From positions 126,110,001 to 126,174,000 of the forward strand of contig CM059431.1 in the NCBI GenBank assembly GCA_030390025.1: DNA of 64,000 bases, written 5' to 3'. Under the pieces are notes generated by a model. The model was not told the origin of the DNA and searched no databases. It worked only from the letters and a program-made list of their open reading frames with translations. Position numbers and translations under genes: made by a program. Source of the stretch: Squalus acanthias (Eukaryota). Below are positions 1 through 12,499 of the stretch, piece after piece. Numbering within the stretch: position 1 is the stretch's first letter; every line of letters begins with the position of its first letter.

Positions 1-274
1 ACAGCAGGAAGAGAAGTCGAGGCCAGAAGAGGTCCAAACAGGTAAGATTTTTAAGAACTTTTTTAAACTTTCCCTGTGGGACTAGGAGGAGCATGAGTGG
101 CACTCCAGGCCTCAAAGGAAAGCTTAGGCCTCCCCTGGACCCGCCTCCACCCTTCTCAAATGCGAGGCCTTGCTGAAACCTACTCCCCATTATTTACGAG
201 AGTGTTGGCAAACATTGCTTCGATTTGGGTGGGTATGTAACTGTGGCCAGGGATCTAAAATTACGCAGGATAAA

Positions 275-366
275 GGGAAAGGTAGCATAGTGGTTATGTT
301 ACTGGACTAATAATCCAGAGGCCTGGCCTAATGATCAGGAGACATGAGATCAAATCCCACCACGGC
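275..366 (+). promoter_or_regulatory. tRNA-like head with Pol III A box (TAGCATAGTGG 283-293) and degenerate B box (GATCAAATC 348-356)
   Basis: Matches A-box/B-box consensus with an anticodon-like stem CTGGA..TCCAG between them; the same head opens copy 3 at 43626. Confidence 0.8.
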
Positions 367-3300
367 AGTAAGGAATTTAAATGCAGTTATTTAAATAAAT
401 CTGGAATAAAAAGCTGGCATCAGTGTTACTACCGCATTGTCGTAAAAACCCATCTGGTTCACTAATGTCCTTTAGGGAAAGAAATCTGCCGTCCTTACCC
501 GGTCCAGCCTATATGTGATGACAGACCCACAGCAATGTGGTTGACTCTTAACTGCCCTCTGAAATGGCCTATCAAGCCACTCAGTCGTAACAAACCGCGA
601 CAGAAAACAATAATAAGAATAAAACCGGATCAACTTCGGACACGACGAAGGCACACCCAGCCCAGTCGAGCCTGCAAAGTCCTCCTCACTAACATCTGGG
701 GACATGTGCCAAAATTGGGAGAGCTTCCCCACAGACTAGTCACACAACAGCCTGACATAGTCATGCTCACAGAATCATACCTTTCAGCCAGTGTCCCAGA
801 CTCCTCCATCACCATCCTTGGGTATTTCCTGTCTCACCAGCAGGAAAGACCCACCAGAGGTCATGGTATATAGGTAGGAGGGAGTGGCCCTGGGAGTCTC
901 ATGGCATCAGATCAAACATGGGCAAGATTACCATCTACCGCCCTCCCTCAGCTGATGAATCAGTACTCCTCCATGTTGAACACCACTTCGAAGTAGTACT
1001 GCGGGTACAGAATGTACTCTGTGTGGGGGACTTCAATGTCCATCACCAAGAGTGGCTCAGTAGCACCACTACTGACTGAGCTGGCCTAGTCCTGAAGGAT
1101 TAAGCTGCCAGACTGGACCTGCCACAGGTGGTGAGAGAACCAACACGAGGGAAAAACCGACTTGACCTCGTCCTCACCAATTTACCTGTCACAGATGCAT
1201 CTGTCCATGACAGTATTGGTAGGAGTGACCACCGCACAGTCCTTGCAGAGATGAAGTCCCTTCTTCACACAGAGGACACCCTCCATCATGTGTGGCTCTA
1301 CCAATGTGCTAAATGGGATAGATTCAGAACAGATCTAGCAGCTTAAAACTGGGCATCCATGAGGCGCTGTGGGCCATCAGCAGCAGCAGAATTGTATTCC
1401 ACTATAATCTCATGGCCTGGCATATCCCTCACTCTACCATCACCATCAAGCCAGGGGACCAACCCTGGTTCAACAACGAGTGTAGAAGAGCATGCCGGGA
1501 GCAGCACCAGGCGTACCTAAAAATGAGGTGCCAACCTGGGTAAGCTGCAACACAGGACTACATGCATGCTGAAAAACGGAAGCAGCATGCTATAGACAGG
1601 GCTAAGCAATCCCACAATCAACGGATCAGATTAAAGCTCTGCAGTCCTGCCACATCCAGTCGTGAATGGTGGTGGACCATTAAACAACTGACGGGAGGAG
1701 GAGACTCCAAGAATGTCCCCATCCTCAATGATGGTGGAGCCCAGAATGTGAGTGCAAAAGACAAGGCTGAAGCGTTTGCAACCAACATCAGCCAGAAGTG
1801 CCGAGTGGATGATCCATATCGGCCTACTCCCGAGGTCCCCACCATCACTGAAGCCAGTCTTCATTCCACGTGATATCAAGAAATGGCTGAACACACTGAA
1901 TACAGCAAAGGCTATGGGCCCCGACAACACCCTGGCTATCGTGCTGAAGACTTTTGCTCCAGAACTAGCCACGCCTCTAGCCAAGCTGTTCCAGTACAGC
2001 TACAACACAGGCATCTATCCGACAATGTGGAAAACTGCCCAGGTATGTCCTGTCCACAAAAAGCAGGACAAATCCAACCCGGCCAATTACCGCCCCATCA
2101 GTCTACTCTCAATCATCAGCAAAGTGATGGAAGGTGTCATCGACAGTGCTATCAAGCAGCACTTACTCACCAATAACCTGCCCACTGATGCCCAGTTTGG
2201 GTTCCACCAAGACTACTCGGTTCCTGACCTCATTACAGCCTTGGTCCAAACATGGACAAAGCTGAATTCCAGAGGTGTGGTGAGAGTGACTGCCCTTGAC
2301 ATCAAGGCAGTATTTGACCGAGTCTGGCATCAAGGGGCCCGAGTAAAACTGAAGTCAATGGGAATCAGGGGAAAACGCTACACTGTCTGGAGACATACCT
2401 AGCACAAAGGAAAATGGTTGTGGTGGTTGAAGGTCAATCATCACAGCCCCAGGACATCGCTGCAGGAGTTCCTCAGGGCATTGTCCTAGGCCCAAACAAC
2501 TTTAGCTGCTTCATCAATGACCTTCCCTCCAACATAAGGTCAGAAATGGGGATGTTCGCTGATGACTACACAGTGTTTAGCGCCATTCACAACTCCACAG
2601 ATAATGAAGCAGTCCATGCCCGCATGCAACAAGACCTGGACGACGTTCAGGCTTGGGCTGATAAGTGGCAGGTAACATTCGCGCCACAGAAGTGCCAGGC
2701 AATGACTATCTCCAACAAGCGAGAGTCTCACCACCTCCCCTTGACATTCAATGGCATTACCATCACCGAATCCCCCTCTATCAACATCCTGGGGGTCACC
2801 ATTAACCAGAAATTTAACTGGACCAGCCACATAAATACTGTGGCAACAAGAGCTGGTCAGAGGCTAGGTATTCTGCGGCGAGTGTCTCACCTCCTGACTC
2901 CCCAAAGCCTTTCCACCATCTACAAGGCACAAGTAAGGAGTGTGATGGAATACTCTCCACTTGCCTGGATGAGTGCAGCTCCAACAACACTCAAGAAGCT
3001 GACACCATCCAGGACAAAGCAGCCCGCTTGATTGGCACCCCATCCACCACCTTAAACATTCACTCCCTCCACCACCAGCGTACCGTGGCTGCAGTGTGTA
3101 CCATCTACAAGATGCACTACAGCAACTCACCAAGGCTTCTTCGGCAGCACCTCCCAAACCCACGACCTCTTCCACCTAGAAGGACAAGGGCAGCAGGCGC
3201 AAGGGAACACCACCACCTCCAAGTTCCCTTCCAAGTCACACACCATCCTGACTTAGTAGTATATCGCCGATCCTTCATCGTCACTGGGTCGAAATCCTGG

Positions 3301-3460
3301 AACTCCCTACCTAACAGCACTGTGGGAGTACCATCACCACACGGACTGCAGCGGTTCAAGAAGGCGGCTCACCACCACCTTCTCAAGGGCAACTAGGGAT
3401 GGTCAATAAATGCTGGCATGGCCAGCGACGCCCAGATCCCATAAACAAATTTAAAAAAAA
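275..3460 (+). mobile_element. Full-length single-ORF non-LTR retrotransposon (APE+RT, CR1/L2/Jockey superclade) with tRNA-derived 5' head, copy 1, decayed
   Basis: APE motifs (PDIVMLTESYL at 535-873, GDFN, SDH at 1128-1346); RT motifs (NYRPISLL, ALDIKAVFDRVWH, GVPQG, FADD) in 1752-3031; C-terminal KSWNSLP; 3' UTR with AATAAA and an A-rich tail ending ~3460. Several frameshifts and stops. Confidence 0.92.
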
Positions 3461-6400
3461 TGGGAGGAGGAGGCTCCATGAACATCCCCATTCTCAATGA
3501 TGGTGGAACCCAGCACGCGAGTGCAAAAGACAAGGCTGAAGCGTTTGCAACCATCTTCAGCCAGAAGTGCCGAGTGGATGATCCATCTCGGCCTACTCCT
3601 GAGGTCCCCACCATCACAGAAGCCAGTCTTCAGCCAATTCAATTCACTCCACATGATATCAGAAACGGCTGAGCGCACTGGATACAACAAAGGCTATGAG
3701 CCCTGACAATATCCCGTCTGTTATGCTGAAGACTTGCGCTCCAGAACTGCCCAGGTCTGTCCTGTCCTCAAAAAGCGGGACAAATCCAATACAGCCAATT
3801 ACCGCCCCATCAGTCTACTCTCAATCATCAGCAAAGTGATGAAAGGTGTTATCGACAATGCTGTCAAGCGGCATTTACTCACCAATAACCTGGTCACCGA
3901 TGCTCAGTTTGGGTTCCGCCTGGACCACTCGGCTCCAGACCTCATTACAGCCTTAGTTTAAACATGGACAAAGGAACTGAATTCCAGAGGTGAGGTGAGA
4001 GTGACTGCCCTTGACATCAAGGCAGCATTTGACCGAGTGTGGCATCAAGGAGCCAGAGTAAAACTGAAGTCAATGGGACTCGGGGGGGTGAAACTTTCCA
4101 CTGACTGGAGTCATACCGAGCACAAAGGGAGATGGTTGTGGTTGTTGGATGCCAATCATCACAGCCCCAGAATATCGCTGCAGGGGTTCCTCAGGGCAGT
4201 GTCCTAGGCCCAATCATCTTCTTGCTGCTTCATCAATGACCTTCCCTCCATCATAAGGTCAGAAGTGGGGATGTTCTTTAATGATTGCACAGTTTTCAGT
4301 TCCATTCGCTACTCCTCAGAAATGAAGCAGTCCATGCCAGCATGCAGCAAGACCTGGACAACATTCAGGCTTGGGCTGATAAGTGGCAAATAACTCTCAC
4401 GCCACACACGTGCCAGGCAATGACTATCTCCAACAAGAGAGCATCTAACCACCACCCCTTGACATTCAACAGTATTAACATCGCTGAATCCCCTGACATT
4501 AACATCCTGGGGGTCACCACTGTAAGGGGTTCGGTCGTAGGTGCTTGTGCGGGGTTAGGCCTTTGTTGCCTAATACTATTGCTTGCTCTGGTCTCCGGCC
4601 AGCCTTGTTGCAATAAGCACCTGTGAGTGGTTCGACCCACTCGCCCTTACGGTTCTAACACTGGACTTAGGTGCGAGAGCAGTAATGCAGAGAAAAACTC
4701 AAATAGACCCGGTTGAATAGTACGAAATGGAAATCTTTATTGCATAACGTCCAAAATCATGAAGTACATGTCATAGGCACAAATTAATGACAGTACAAGT
4801 ATACATACATTCATAAAACTTGGTCTAGGGTAATGAGGAACGCACGGCACATCATAAAAAGGGGAACACATTATATTTATCCTTAATAAAAACCACCCTC
4901 CCCTATCAATACCTACACTAATCTAGATTTGTAGGATCGTGAAACATGCTCACCACTCGTGATACTTCGGAGAATTTTAAACTAAGGCACTCGGCTCGTT
5001 TCGCTGCAGTTCTTTCTTGTATTTTCGGGTGCGGTCGGGGTTTACTGACCGTGGCGGTACGTGGATTCTTCTCCTCTTCTTCTCGTCTCGTCTCGTCTCG
5101 TCTCTTCGGGCCTTCGGGTCCAGACACCGTTTACCGACTCTCGGGATGGTGCACCCGGTCACTGGCCTTCGTCGAGGCGACTCGTTCCGTTCGAGCTCCA
5201 CCCAACATAGTCAACAGAGTCCAGAGAAAAACAGAAGGCTGCTCGTCCAGCAGAGCGATCCCCGAGGATCAGAATAGGAGAATAAAAGTTCAGCAGTCAT
5301 CAGCGAGATAAAACAGTCAAGAGACCGATGGACATTTGTTCTCTATAGTTATAGTGCTGTGTCCCCTTATCTCCCGCTCAAATCTTGATGTTTGTCCTTT
5401 GTGTAATACTGGTGCACAAAACTCCCAGCATGGGGCGATTCTTTCCTTTAATGGGTATTGGTAGCACCTGAAACTGGCCAACTATCCGTTAATGTTTTCC
5501 CCATTGTCGAACCGGCTAGGAGTCTCCCTGACTGGTTTTGGGGCCTCCTCGAATACTGATATGTGTATTGCTGTGTCTGGATGGGCCTTCGATTGCCCAG
5601 TACAATGGTCCTTACTTGTGCATGGAAAATGATTCCAGCACTTATATCTTTGCTATTGTCACAAATGCAAACAGGTTGCATCCTGTCTTTATCAATGTTT
5701 GCCGAGTATTATCCAATCTTATACTGAAATGTTTATTCGAACGCCATCTTGTCTGCCCACTGTATTCTGGAAGCTTCTGCCACGATGCTCGGCGGCCATT
5801 TTACAGGCTTCTGTGTCCTTTATATCATGACAGCATTTCGTTGAAATAAAACTGATGAAACGAATCTGCTTTATCTCGTTATTTCGAATCGCGATAATTG
5901 CGAATTTTACACCACTGACCAGAAACTTAACTGGACCAGCCACATAAATACTGTGGCGACAAGAACAGGTCAGAGGCTGGGTATCCTTTGGCGAGTGTGT
6001 CACCTCCTGACTCCCCAAAGCCTTTCCACCATCTACAAAGGCACAAGTCAGGAGTGTGATGGAATACTCTCCACTTGCCTGGATGAGTGCAGCTCCAACA
6101 GCACTCAAGAAGCTCGACACCATCCAGGACAAAGCAGTCCGCTTGACTGGCACCCCATCCACCACCTTAAACTTTCACTCCCTCCACCACCGGCGCACTG
6201 TAGCTGCAGTGTTTACCATCTACAAGATGCACTGCAGCAACTCGCCAAGGCTTCTTTGACAGCACTTCCCAAACCCACGATCTCTACCACTTAGAAGGAC
6301 AAGCGCAGCAGGCGCATGGGAACACCATCACCTCCAAGTTTTCTTCCAAGTCACACACCATCCTGACTTAGAAGTATTTCGCCGATCCTTCAACGTCGGT

Positions 6401-6575
6401 GGGTCAAAATCCTGGAACTCCCTCCCCAACAGCACTGTGGGAGTACCTTCACCACGCAGACTGCAGCATTTCAAGAAGGCGGCTCACCACCACCTTCTCA
6501 AGGGCAATTAGGGATGGGCAATAAATGCTGGCCTTGCCTGTGACGCCCACATCCCAGGAACGAAGAAAAAAAAAA
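3461..6575 (+). mobile_element. 5'-truncated copy 2 of the same LINE, directly after the tail of copy 1, interrupted by a solo LTR at 4521-5911
   Basis: Collinear with 1693-3450; RT fragments in ORFs 3460-4626 and 5953-6294; same 3' UTR and A tail at ~6565-6575. Confidence 0.92.
4521..5911 (-). mobile_element. Solo LTR, 1391 bp, of an LTR retrotransposon or endogenous retrovirus
   Basis: TGTAA...TTACA termini; 4-bp TSD CCAC (4517-4520, 5912-5915); removal restores the host LINE. Minus orientation is inferred only from a TATA-like motif near 5350 and AATAAA near 4740. Confidence 0.8.
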
Positions 6576-7732
6576 GCTTCATGCTGCTGAAGTTAGGGGA
6601 TTTTGACGCTCATCTTGGCCCCCACCTGCCTGTATTGATTATTTAAGGCAATGAAGTGAAATCTTAGTTGCCACCTCCTTAGGATATCCTCTTACTTTTC
6701 AGTTCTGGATCTATGTCTTTGATCAGCTAGAGTTAGCCTTCTTCCACTTCAGTTTCATATATGGTATTTTTGCAGCCAACATTTATGTAGTTCCAATACA
6801 GAAGTTGGATTTTGTTGGTAGCTGTCTGTATCTACATTTGTGTCTCCAACAATAGAACAGTGGAAGCTGGGCTATAGGTATACAAATCTCCTTCTTCAAT
6901 TCATCCATGGTTGAAAATTGTATTTTTCCCTAGGTAACATTTAAATTAGATTTGTTGAAAAACTATTTATGAACAGTTTTGCTTTGAAACACAGGCAATA
7001 TATCCAATATAATCTGCACATGGAAAACTAGTAGTGGACATTTCATGATTAAGCGTTTCTCAGTTTTTAATGCTCAGTAATTCCAACATTATTTAGAATA
7101 AGTCAGTTTCTCTTCAAGGCATATATCAGGAACTCTTGTTCATCCCCAAATGCACAGGGTGTTGTTTGCATGTTGCTTGTGGACACTTCACATTCAATGG
7201 GATGTATGTGAAAGTGGTGCCATTTGAGGGATAAATTGGGCTGTGTAGCATCCATTTATTAGGTGCTATGCAGCCTCCTAAGGCTTGAAAATGGGATCCG
7301 AGATGCACGTGAAAATTTACGATGGGAAGTGTGCTGGACACCATCTTGGTAAAGAGGTTTGCAAGCACGTACTTAATGACCACTGGCAGGATGCAGAGCA
7401 GGCAGATTATGACGTCAAATCAGTGTGCAAGGCTGATTTAATGCCGGTGCTGCCATCTTCGAGCTCCACGCTCTAGTCTTAATCGCACAGAACTGAAAAC
7501 GATGTTAAACAAAATGAAGGACCCTCCACTAGCACTATTTAAGGGGATCATGAGCTACTTACAGGTTAGTTACTGGATAATTTTTTCTGGCTGTTATGCA
7601 ATTGTACGCATTTTTAGAGCGTTCCAATACTCTGATGAAGTTTGAATTGTCTACAGGGAGAGGTCTGGCTGGTGCTGAATTACTTTTTTTTATTGATTTA
7701 AAAGCTTGTGCTGAAGCAAGTTGCTTCCAGAC

Positions 7733-8872
7733 ATGGGTGGCTTGGCAGGGCTTCCTCTGGGAATGGAGCATGACTTTGAGAATGAAGAGAGACTACGCAG
7801 AGCAGGACAAGCTGTTAGAAGAGGGAAGAGGGGGAGAAGGGGTCTCAGCAGGAGAACATATCCGCCGAGTGTCTTTAGGGAGCAATTCTCTTACGCCTCA
7901 ATAAGGACCAATGCATGAGATGTCTTTGCTTCACAAAAGAGGTCATGATTGAAGTCTGGCAACTGCTGCAGCCACAACTACAACCTCAAAGTAGGGCAAG
8001 GACAGCATTACCTGTGGCTATCAAGGTAACTATGGATCTTAACTTTTATGTGTCTGTCTCCTTCCAGGCTGCTGCTTGAGATATAAGCAACAACTCACAG
8101 TTTTTAGTACACTGCTGCATAAGGGAGGTCACTGAGGCTCTCTATACAAAGAGATACGACTTCATCTCATTCTCTCTTGCCAGAGACAAGCAGGCGGAGC
8201 GAACACAAGGGTCTGCATGGATTATAGGCTTCCCCATGGTGCAGGGTGCCATTGACTGCATGCACATTGCCTTGCGTGCACCTGGTCTGAACTCGGCCAT
8301 TTTCATCAACTGATTCCACCCCCTCAATGCGCAGCAGGCATGCGACCACAGGCAGCTCATCATACTGCCTGTTATCGTGGCAGTAGTAACAATTCTTTCA
8401 ATCTGTGGCAGTCGTCTGTGCCATCTGTATTTGACACACCATGGCAAGTCAAAGGCTGGCAACTGGGCAACAAGTGTTATCCAATCATGACATGGCTCAT
8501 GCCTCTGGTCCAGAACCCACATATACGTGCACAACAGACTTACAATGAGAGCCATGCTGCCACAAGGAACATTATAGAGCACACCATCGGCATCCTCAAG
8601 CAACGCCTCCGCTGCCTGGACCGCTCTGGAGGAGCCCTGCAGTACTCAGCTGAGTGGGTATCATTATTTGTGGTAGTATGCTGCACAACCTGGTCATTAT
8701 GAGGGAACAGCCCTTGCCACCACCTATCAGGCGAGAAGCTGAGGAGCAGGAGCATGAGGAGGAAGTGCAACAGGAAGTGAAGGAACATGAAGAGGTAGGA
8801 AGGCTACAGCGTAGGCAGCCCCTTTCTGCCCGGGCTCTACATGCGCAAATAATTCATGAGCGATACAAGTAA
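7733..8872 (+). pseudogene. Harbinger DDE transposase of H1
   Basis: Motifs GWQLGNKCYP, TRNIIEHTIGILKQRLRCLDRSGGALQY, MLHNL and an acidic tail; many frameshifts and stops. Confidence 0.88.
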
Positions 8873-9016
8873 CCTCAACCACGCCTCCCCATTCACCAAC
8901 AGTTCTATGCTCCTTGCCTTTCATCTATCACTGGCCATCACATCACCCATCGCATACAAAATAAACTCATCGCTCTTATTACATTCCCTTAGTGCCAGTC
9001 ATCCATGTGCCTTTGC

Positions 9017-10285
9017 CTATCCTAGTGATCCTACGAGGTGCTTCCCCAGTGGCTGAAACATGGTGGAAGCCTGCTGAACTTTAATGCACAAGACTGCAGG
9101 TGGCCATGGAGGGTGCCTATAAGGGCTGGCTACTGACTGTACCATCCTGGCCTGGACTACAGCAGTCTGGGCTGGCTTGCTGACAGGCAAGAGCAAGGGC
9201 ACTGGCAGAGTGGCAGGGATGCCAGCAGGAATGCTATCATCCTGAGAGGGGACAGCAGGTTCCTATTATATGGAGCCACAGCCACTCTCCTGGGGCGGCG
9301 CCTCAGCAATCCTACTGATCTGTTGGAGAACAGATTGATGGACTGCTGTGACGCCCTGGAAGCCCCTTTGAACAGTGGTATCCAGAGTCTTGATGGCAGC
9401 ATTCTCAGCTTGCACGGCAGCAGTCTGACCTTTGATGGAAGCTGTTTGTGCTGCAATGGAAGTTGTGACATTGACCATCAGATGATGTATCATGGTGGGT
9501 TCCACAGGGATGGTGATGGAGGTGACCATCCTCCATGCTGGAAAGGATGGGCTCCAAGCTCTGCGCAAAGCCTGTGTTTGTACTAGCCTCCTCCATGCAC
9601 CTTGACATTGTGCGCAGTCTTTCTGGCAGGCTTTCCAGTGGAAGAAGCATTAGTTCATCTACACCCATCAGCCTCCTTCTGTAGCCTGGCCCATCGAAGT
9701 CCTCATCTGACTTCTCTGCAACAGAACTAGCGTCTGACCTTGCACTCTGCGAGCTGGCACCTGCGCTATCCTTTCCTGCCGTCCTGGCTCCTTCGCACTT
9801 GTGCCTCACCACGTGCAGGTCTCTCCTCTATCCAAGTCTCTAAAATACACGCAGTGTCAGTCTCTAAGCTGCTGGCTACCAGTGTAAGATCGAGTGATGG
9901 TGTCACTTCATCTTCAATGTCTTCTTCCCCTTCCTCCTCTGACTGGACAGGTTGCAGTTCCTTGAATTGAGCAGTGGATGAGGCTAATCGTGCAGTTGAT
10001 AGAATATGCCATTTGAAGATAAACTTACTCAGCTTGACAACTCATGTCAGATCATTAAACTTCTTCCTGCACTGTATCCATGCTCTTGGAGCAACACTCC
10101 TGGCATTGACCTCCACTACTTTTTGTTCCCACTGCCCGCCAAGCATACGTCTGGGGCACTTCCAGCCGCCCTGCGGATACAAGCATCTCTCCTCTTCCCA
10201 CCTCTTCCACCAAGACCTCCAGTGCATTGTTTAGAAACCTTGGTGCTCGCTCTCTCACATGCTCAGCCATTGACCAATGTCTCAC
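9017..10285 (-). pseudogene. Harbinger Myb/SANT DNA-binding accessory gene of H1
   Basis: RAPRFLNNALEVLVEEV...W...RAWIQCRKKFNDLT, followed by a coiled-coil/low-complexity region homologous to 29330-30196. Confidence 0.85.
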
Positions 10286-10719
10286 AGCACCGATTGTCTT
10301 TTGAAAAAACTCTCACCACTTCTTGCAGCCACAATGCATCTCCCCTTTAAGAGGTGCTGGCTGCCTTTAAATAATGCTAGCAACTCATGATATCAGGCCC
10401 CCTGCTGATGCTTGCAGCCAATGAACAGCACGGGGAGCACTGGCTGCATGCAGTAATCATTTAAAAGGGCAGGCAGCACCAATTTGCACCTAACATGCTG
10501 CCTGCAACACAATGAACAGGCATGGGTTAATGGCGTACTGTAATCCCCATGCCTCTTTTTGGGGGTTAGCCAATTTCTCTCCCATTCCTTGAAAAAATAG
10601 CCTAAATCAGTTGTGTTTGGTTAGCATATTCCAGTGAAAAGCAAAGCTAAGAGCACCACATCCACAACATAACCAGGCCAAAATGCTTCACAAAAGGGGC
10701 AGATTGACAATGAGCTGGA

Positions 10720-11420
10720 ATTGGTGAAGATTTAGAGAGGTTGAAGATGTTTTGAGTAGGATTTTTAAGGTGGGGACAAATGCAGCAAGTAGGACTGGTT
10801 TAGGAAAGGATATCCCGATTATTGGGACATGATGCCTGAAAGCCGTGCTACCAATGGTAGAGCGGGGGAGGAGGACATGACAGACTCAGAAGAACAGAGG
10901 GTATATGTGGGACGTAGGGCTGGAGTAGGTTGTAGAGGTAGGATGCAGCAAAGGTGTTGAGAGATTTGTAAACAAAGGTGTGGAATTTATGCGCTTGTAT
11001 ATTTACAAATGTTAGCCCAGGTTATGGATAATATTGCTGAGAGGCAGAACACAGATAAGGAACAGAAGGGGGCCAAGATGGAAATTTTGGGCAATGCAGT
11101 TGCAGACTGTGTGGGCAAAGGAGATGTCATTGGAGGCGATGTGCTGACCACATTTATATGGGTAGGAATTCCACCTTAAAAGGCAGTACAATGGAGGTGA
11201 ACCATAGAAAAGAGATGATAGTGAAAGGTGGAGTGGTCAACTGCACTGAAGGAGGTGGAGAGGCTGAGAAGGATGAGCAAGGATAACGCATCAGTTACTT
11301 TGCCTAGGGCACTTTTAGTGCTGTGAGCAAGACATAAACTAGACTGAACAAATTTTTACAAGTGAGTGAGGAACAGGATGATAATGATGATGATGCATTC
11401 AAAGAGGAAGGAGAGGCTAG
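10720..11420 (-). mobile_element. Ancient L2-like LINE fragment
   Basis: Minus strand resembles degenerate L2 ORF2 motifs (LLDLSAAFDTVDH-like near 11230-11285; FKxLLKT-like near 10750-10775). Confidence 0.55.
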
Positions 11421-11830
11421 ATTTTCTATGATATGAAAACAAATCAACCATTAAATAGACAACAATAAAATGAATCTCTCCCTGTAATTTTTCTAGTGCT
11501 ACAAAGTTGATCTGATTGCAAAGCTTAGCCAGAGTAAGTAGTACAGGGATCTCAGTGTCATCCTCAATTTGGCAGAATTATCACCACTATGCGTGAGATA
11601 AATTAATGGCCACACAATAATCAATTCAACACCACATCTTCAATTACACAGACAAGAGTAGCAATATAACCCAATCAAATCATACATAACACGGTGTAAT
11701 AAATAACAATTTCACTATTTATATCAATGGAAATCAGTGACCCTGATATTACACTGGAGTAAAAGAGAGTATCCTTGTGACAAACACCACAGGAAATCAG
11801 CTAGTGGTTAGAAAAGAGGATAATTTCATC

Positions 11831-11945
11831 ACGTTTCCTACATTACAACAGTGACTACACTTCAAAAGTACTTCATTGGCTGTAAAGCACTTTGGGGTGC
11901 CCAGTGGTCGTGAAAGGCGCTATATAAATGCAAGTCTTTCTTTTT
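11831..11945 (+). mobile_element. 3' tail of a Deu-domain (SacSINE1/AmnSINE1-like) SINE
   Basis: Homologous to the tail of the minus-strand SINE at 53110-53390; ends GGCGCTATATAAATGCAAGTCTTTCTTT. Confidence 0.75.
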
Positions 11946-12499
11946 ATCATCTGCACCTGTGCTGCCGTCCTGCCAAATCAGATTCTACCCAGGATATATC
12001 CAATCTTATTTACTATCTGCCCCATTAAGAATAAAGTACATCATTTACAAGAATATTAAACAATTAGGAAGTAGTGAATTTAATTATTTGTATTACATTG
12101 TTAACAAATCCATACAATTGAAAAACTTGCATAAAGTCTGCGTCATACTTTAATTTGCCCTTGGCACAAAAGATGTTATGATCTTCTGAATGGTTCCTGG
12201 GAAACTGAGCCAATTAAAAACACTTTACCATTATCCACTTACTTCACTGTCTCTCACCACAGCTCTCACAAACTTTTATCATACCCTTGGATATAATTTC
12301 CAGTCGAAATATCACAGCTTTATAAAAAATATTAAACAGTAGCTTATTACAAACACTTAGAGGAACTATTTCACATGCCGTCCAAATTGTGCTTTAGGGT
12401 ATTTCTTCCGGACATTGGTAATGAATTTGGAATTTGGGTAAAATTTAGATCCTTAGCATATTTCCACTAGTTGAAATATTTATTTTAGGAACACCAAGA

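Larger units (their letters stand above)
7226..10583. mobile_element. PIF/Harbinger DNA transposon H1, decayed
   Basis: Imperfect TIRs GAGGGATAAATTGG / CCAATTTCTCTCCC (11/14); convergent transposase (+) and Myb/SANT (-) remnants. Confidence 0.82.

Noticed and set aside
275..366. Functional tRNA gene (also 43626-43720)
   Set aside because: Extra hairpin, no proper acceptor stem, no T-run terminator; contiguous with the LINE.
4521..5911. Assignment to foamy-like virus, or internal coding ORFs
   Set aside because: Length and 4-bp TSD are compatible but not diagnostic; the short ORFs show no known motifs.
12238..12330. Possible minus-strand host exon (AAAG acceptor, GTAAGT donor)
   Set aside because: All three frames contain stops and there is no recognisable protein; a non-coding exon cannot be supported.
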